From Eledone cirrhosa (lineage: Eukaryota), in the NCBI GenBank assembly GCA_964016885.1, contig OZ024742.1, forward strand, positions 181,288,001 through 181,352,000: 64,000 bases of DNA, in the 5' to 3' direction. A model generated the notes under the pieces. That model made no database searches. It was not told where the DNA came from and worked only from the letters and a program-made list of their open reading frames with translations. The first letter of the stretch is position 1. Every line of letters starts with the position of its first letter. This document shows, one piece after another, positions 61,461 through 64,000 of this stretch. Made by a program: the position numbers and the translations under genes.

Positions 61461-61694
61461 TAAATTCCAACCTTTGACTGAAATCTCATTATTGCCCGAC
61501 ATATTAGATTTCAGTAGTTAAATATTTATCTTTTATTATTAAGTTGAAAGTTACTTATTTCACTAAACCTCGCATAATTCTTGATTATTAAAACATAAAA
61601 GTAGGATATTCTTATTAAAAATATAGCCAAAAAAGTGTTAACACACCAATCTATATTTTTCTTTCTTAAAGTTATGTTCCAAACATCATTTTAA

Positions 61695-61868
61695 CCCTAT
61701 TATATTTTGACATAATTATCTCACATAATATTGAATCTATGAGGTTTTGGTATTATTTATTTTTAGAACAATACCTTAACATTAGTATGAGCGGCCAGTT
61801 ACAGCCGGTTTGAGCAGAAACAGGTGAGAGAATTCTGGGGTGATACAGCTGATTTAAATGCTAAAGGG
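61695..61868. mobile_element. piggyBac-type MITE, third copy with damaged left end
   Basis: TTAA-CCCT then a deletion. Body aligns to 61230-61389; right TIR and TTAA intact. Confidence 0.8.
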
Positions 61869-61923
61869 TTAAATGACAATCAATCGAAAACTACTGCTAT
61901 TAAAGTGTTCATTTTTAAAGTAT

Positions 61924-62122
61924 GGGTAGAATATTGGGCAAAAGACTTTACAACATTTACTTCAGACTTTCTAAATGTTCTGAGTTCAAATCCTGCCAAG
62001 GACAAATTTGCCTTTCTTCCTTTCAAGAGTTAATAAAATAAAGTACTATTTAAGTGCTGGAGTTGATTTAATCAACATTTCCCTCCCAACAAATTGTTGG
62101 CCTTGTGTCTAAATTAGAAACC
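61924..62122 (+). mobile_element. Older family-A-like SINE
   Basis: GAGTTCAAATCCTGCC..TTTGCCTTTC..TAAAATAAAGTAC..GGCCTTGTGTCTAAATTAGAAAC. Confidence 0.75.
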
Positions 62123-62140
62123 ATTATTAAGTTGAAAGTT

Positions 62141-62330
62141 GGGCAGTGGATTGGCAGTATTGGTAGAGGATCTGATGCCATGCTTTGCAGCATAGAGTTA
62201 CGTCCCTTTATGCTCTGTGTTCAAATCCCGCCAAGGTGTTAACTTTGCCTTTCATCCTTACGGGGTCGATAAAATAAAGTATCAGTAATACACTAGGATA
62301 ATTGCTGGCCTTGTACCAAAAGTAGAAACA
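62141..62330 (+). mobile_element. SINE family A, full length, 18-bp TSD
   Basis: TSD ATTATTAAGTTGAAAGTT at 62123-62140 and 62331-62348. Confidence 0.92.
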
Positions 62331-62619
62331 ATTATTAAGTTGAAAGTTATATATTTAGCTAATGATAAGTAAAATACAAAGGCAGTATATTCTTGTTATA
62401 AATATGCTCCCAAAAGGATTAAACAAAGACAAATTCATCCTCCAAGATTTGGCTAAAATAGATCATTAGGACAAACATGTTTCATGTACAGCAATTGAAG
62501 GCAGGCACAAGTTTAATGGACTTCCATTATTTTTTACACTAAATGTTGCTGTTGTTCAGTGAATATAACAGCTTACTTGCTAAATTGACAAATATGTGGC
62601 TGAGTATTCCAAAGACATG

Positions 62620-62975
62620 CTCAAACAACCCCTTCTCTTTATACTTCATTCCTCAACCAACCCCTTCTCTCTATACTTCATTCCTCAACCAACCCCTTCT
62701 CTCTATACTTCATTCCTCAACCAACCCTTATTCTTTGTCTCCCTATACCTCATTGCTCAACCAACCCCTTATCTCTATACTTCATTACTCAATCAACCCC
62801 TATTCTTTGTCTCTTTATACCTCATTGCTCAACCAACCCCCTTTAAGGTCCTCCTATACCCTATTACCCAACCAACACCCTTCAAGTTCCTCTTATACCC
62901 TGTTTCCCAACCAACCCTTATTCTTTGTCACCCTATACCTCATTTCTCCACCAACCCCCTTCCAGGTTCTCCTAT
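62620..62975. repeat. 32/41-bp pyrimidine-rich minisatellite
   Basis: CTCAACCAACCCCTTCTCTCTATACTTCATTC and a longer variant. Confidence 0.85.
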
Positions 62976-63876
62976 ACTTCTTCTACCAAGAGTTTCTCTA
63001 TTCATGACCACATTTCCTCGAGATAAGGTGTCAGGTATCAGGTTATATGTTTCACTTTTCCATTTCATTTTTTCCATTATAACAAGAAGTGTTTTGTTGT
63101 TTGTAGTCTTGTTAATAATTTCTTTAATGATACTCATTAATTTGATGTTCTGTAGATGGAATGTAAAACAACTTTCTGTAACATTTCATCTGAAATGCTC
63201 CGTTCTTTTTCTCAGATTCAATAAAATGTATCTGAAATTACTATTGCTCTTAAAAAACAAATTTTTGTTGCTGCTGTAAACATTTCATTTTATCAAACAG
63301 GATCTAATTTTGTTAAAGCCTCTGTAATTGCTGCAATCTAGCATTTTAGTTCTGTCTTTGATCTTATATCTTATGTTATTGTTTCAACATCTTTCACGCT
63401 ATTTCAATTGGAGTGACTATTTTCTTTTTGATTTTATCTGTTATCATTATTTTTCTCTTTTCATCATTTATTTCCATTGCATATATTTCTGCAGTTGTAT
63501 CAAGACATGTTAGATCTTTGAGTTCTTCTTCAAGTTGTCCTATTAAATTAACATCATCGGTAAAATAGAGGTTACTGACAGCTCTACCTCCTACTTTAAC
63601 ATTTTCTTCAAACGACTTGCTACAGTCAATGCCCAGGTTATCTCAGATCTTACAAATCTATGATCAAAGATGTTCCAACCATGATACACTGACGTTTTTT
63701 TCAGTCACAGTATATCTAGGACTATATTACCCCAAGTATTCTTCTACATTTTAACCATTTTGCTACTATATTTTTAACGAAATACACTATATGTGTGTCC
63801 AGTTAATTTTGAAACTCATAAAAAATTTAGAAGAATTTAATAAAATAATTAACCTTTGCATTATTAAGGTGATATT

Positions 63877-64000
63877 TTGAGTTCAAAGCCCACCAAGGTT
63901 AGCTTTGTTTTTCATCTTTCTGGAGTTGATAAAATAAAGCACCAGTAATGCACTAGGGTTGATTTAATCGACTTACTTTCCCCACACCCAAAATTGTTGG
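63877..64000 (+). mobile_element. Family-A-like SINE fragment running off the window
   Basis: GAGTTCAAAGCC..TTTCATCTTTCTGGAGTTGATAAAATAAAGCACCAG; matches 61981-62100. Confidence 0.75.

Overview
Eukaryotic, AT-rich, repeat-dominated DNA. The SINE/LINE repertoire and very long (TA)n tracts suggest a cephalopod, probably an octopus (inferred from recalled repeat motifs, not from a search). Nearly all long ORFs in the track are artefacts of microsatellites or minisatellites. Real content: (1) one probable host first coding exon on the minus strand (30118-30220) with a signal peptide, a phase-1 GT donor and a YY1 motif over the ATG; no further exons were recognised; (2) decayed non-LTR retrotransposon fragments from several lineages (RTE, RTE-X-like, R4/Dong-like, Tx1, CRE, Penelope-like GIY-YIG); (3) three copies of a short bipartite RTE-derived element inside multi-kb TA tracts; (4) many tRNA-derived SINEs, several with readable target-site duplications (TSDs); (5) Tc1/mariner, Tc2/pogo-like and piggyBac-type MITEs, some nested; (6) several satellites, including a 44-bp array with higher-order structure and a tandem array built from a tiny MITE; (7) hammerhead ribozyme motifs, two of them in the arms of a near-perfect 344-bp palindrome. 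A 200-N scaffolding gap lies at 19458-19657. The strongest leads are the hammerhead-bearing palindrome and the apparent sorting of three retrotransposon clades into three microsatellite types: (TA)n, (CA)n and (ATCT)n.
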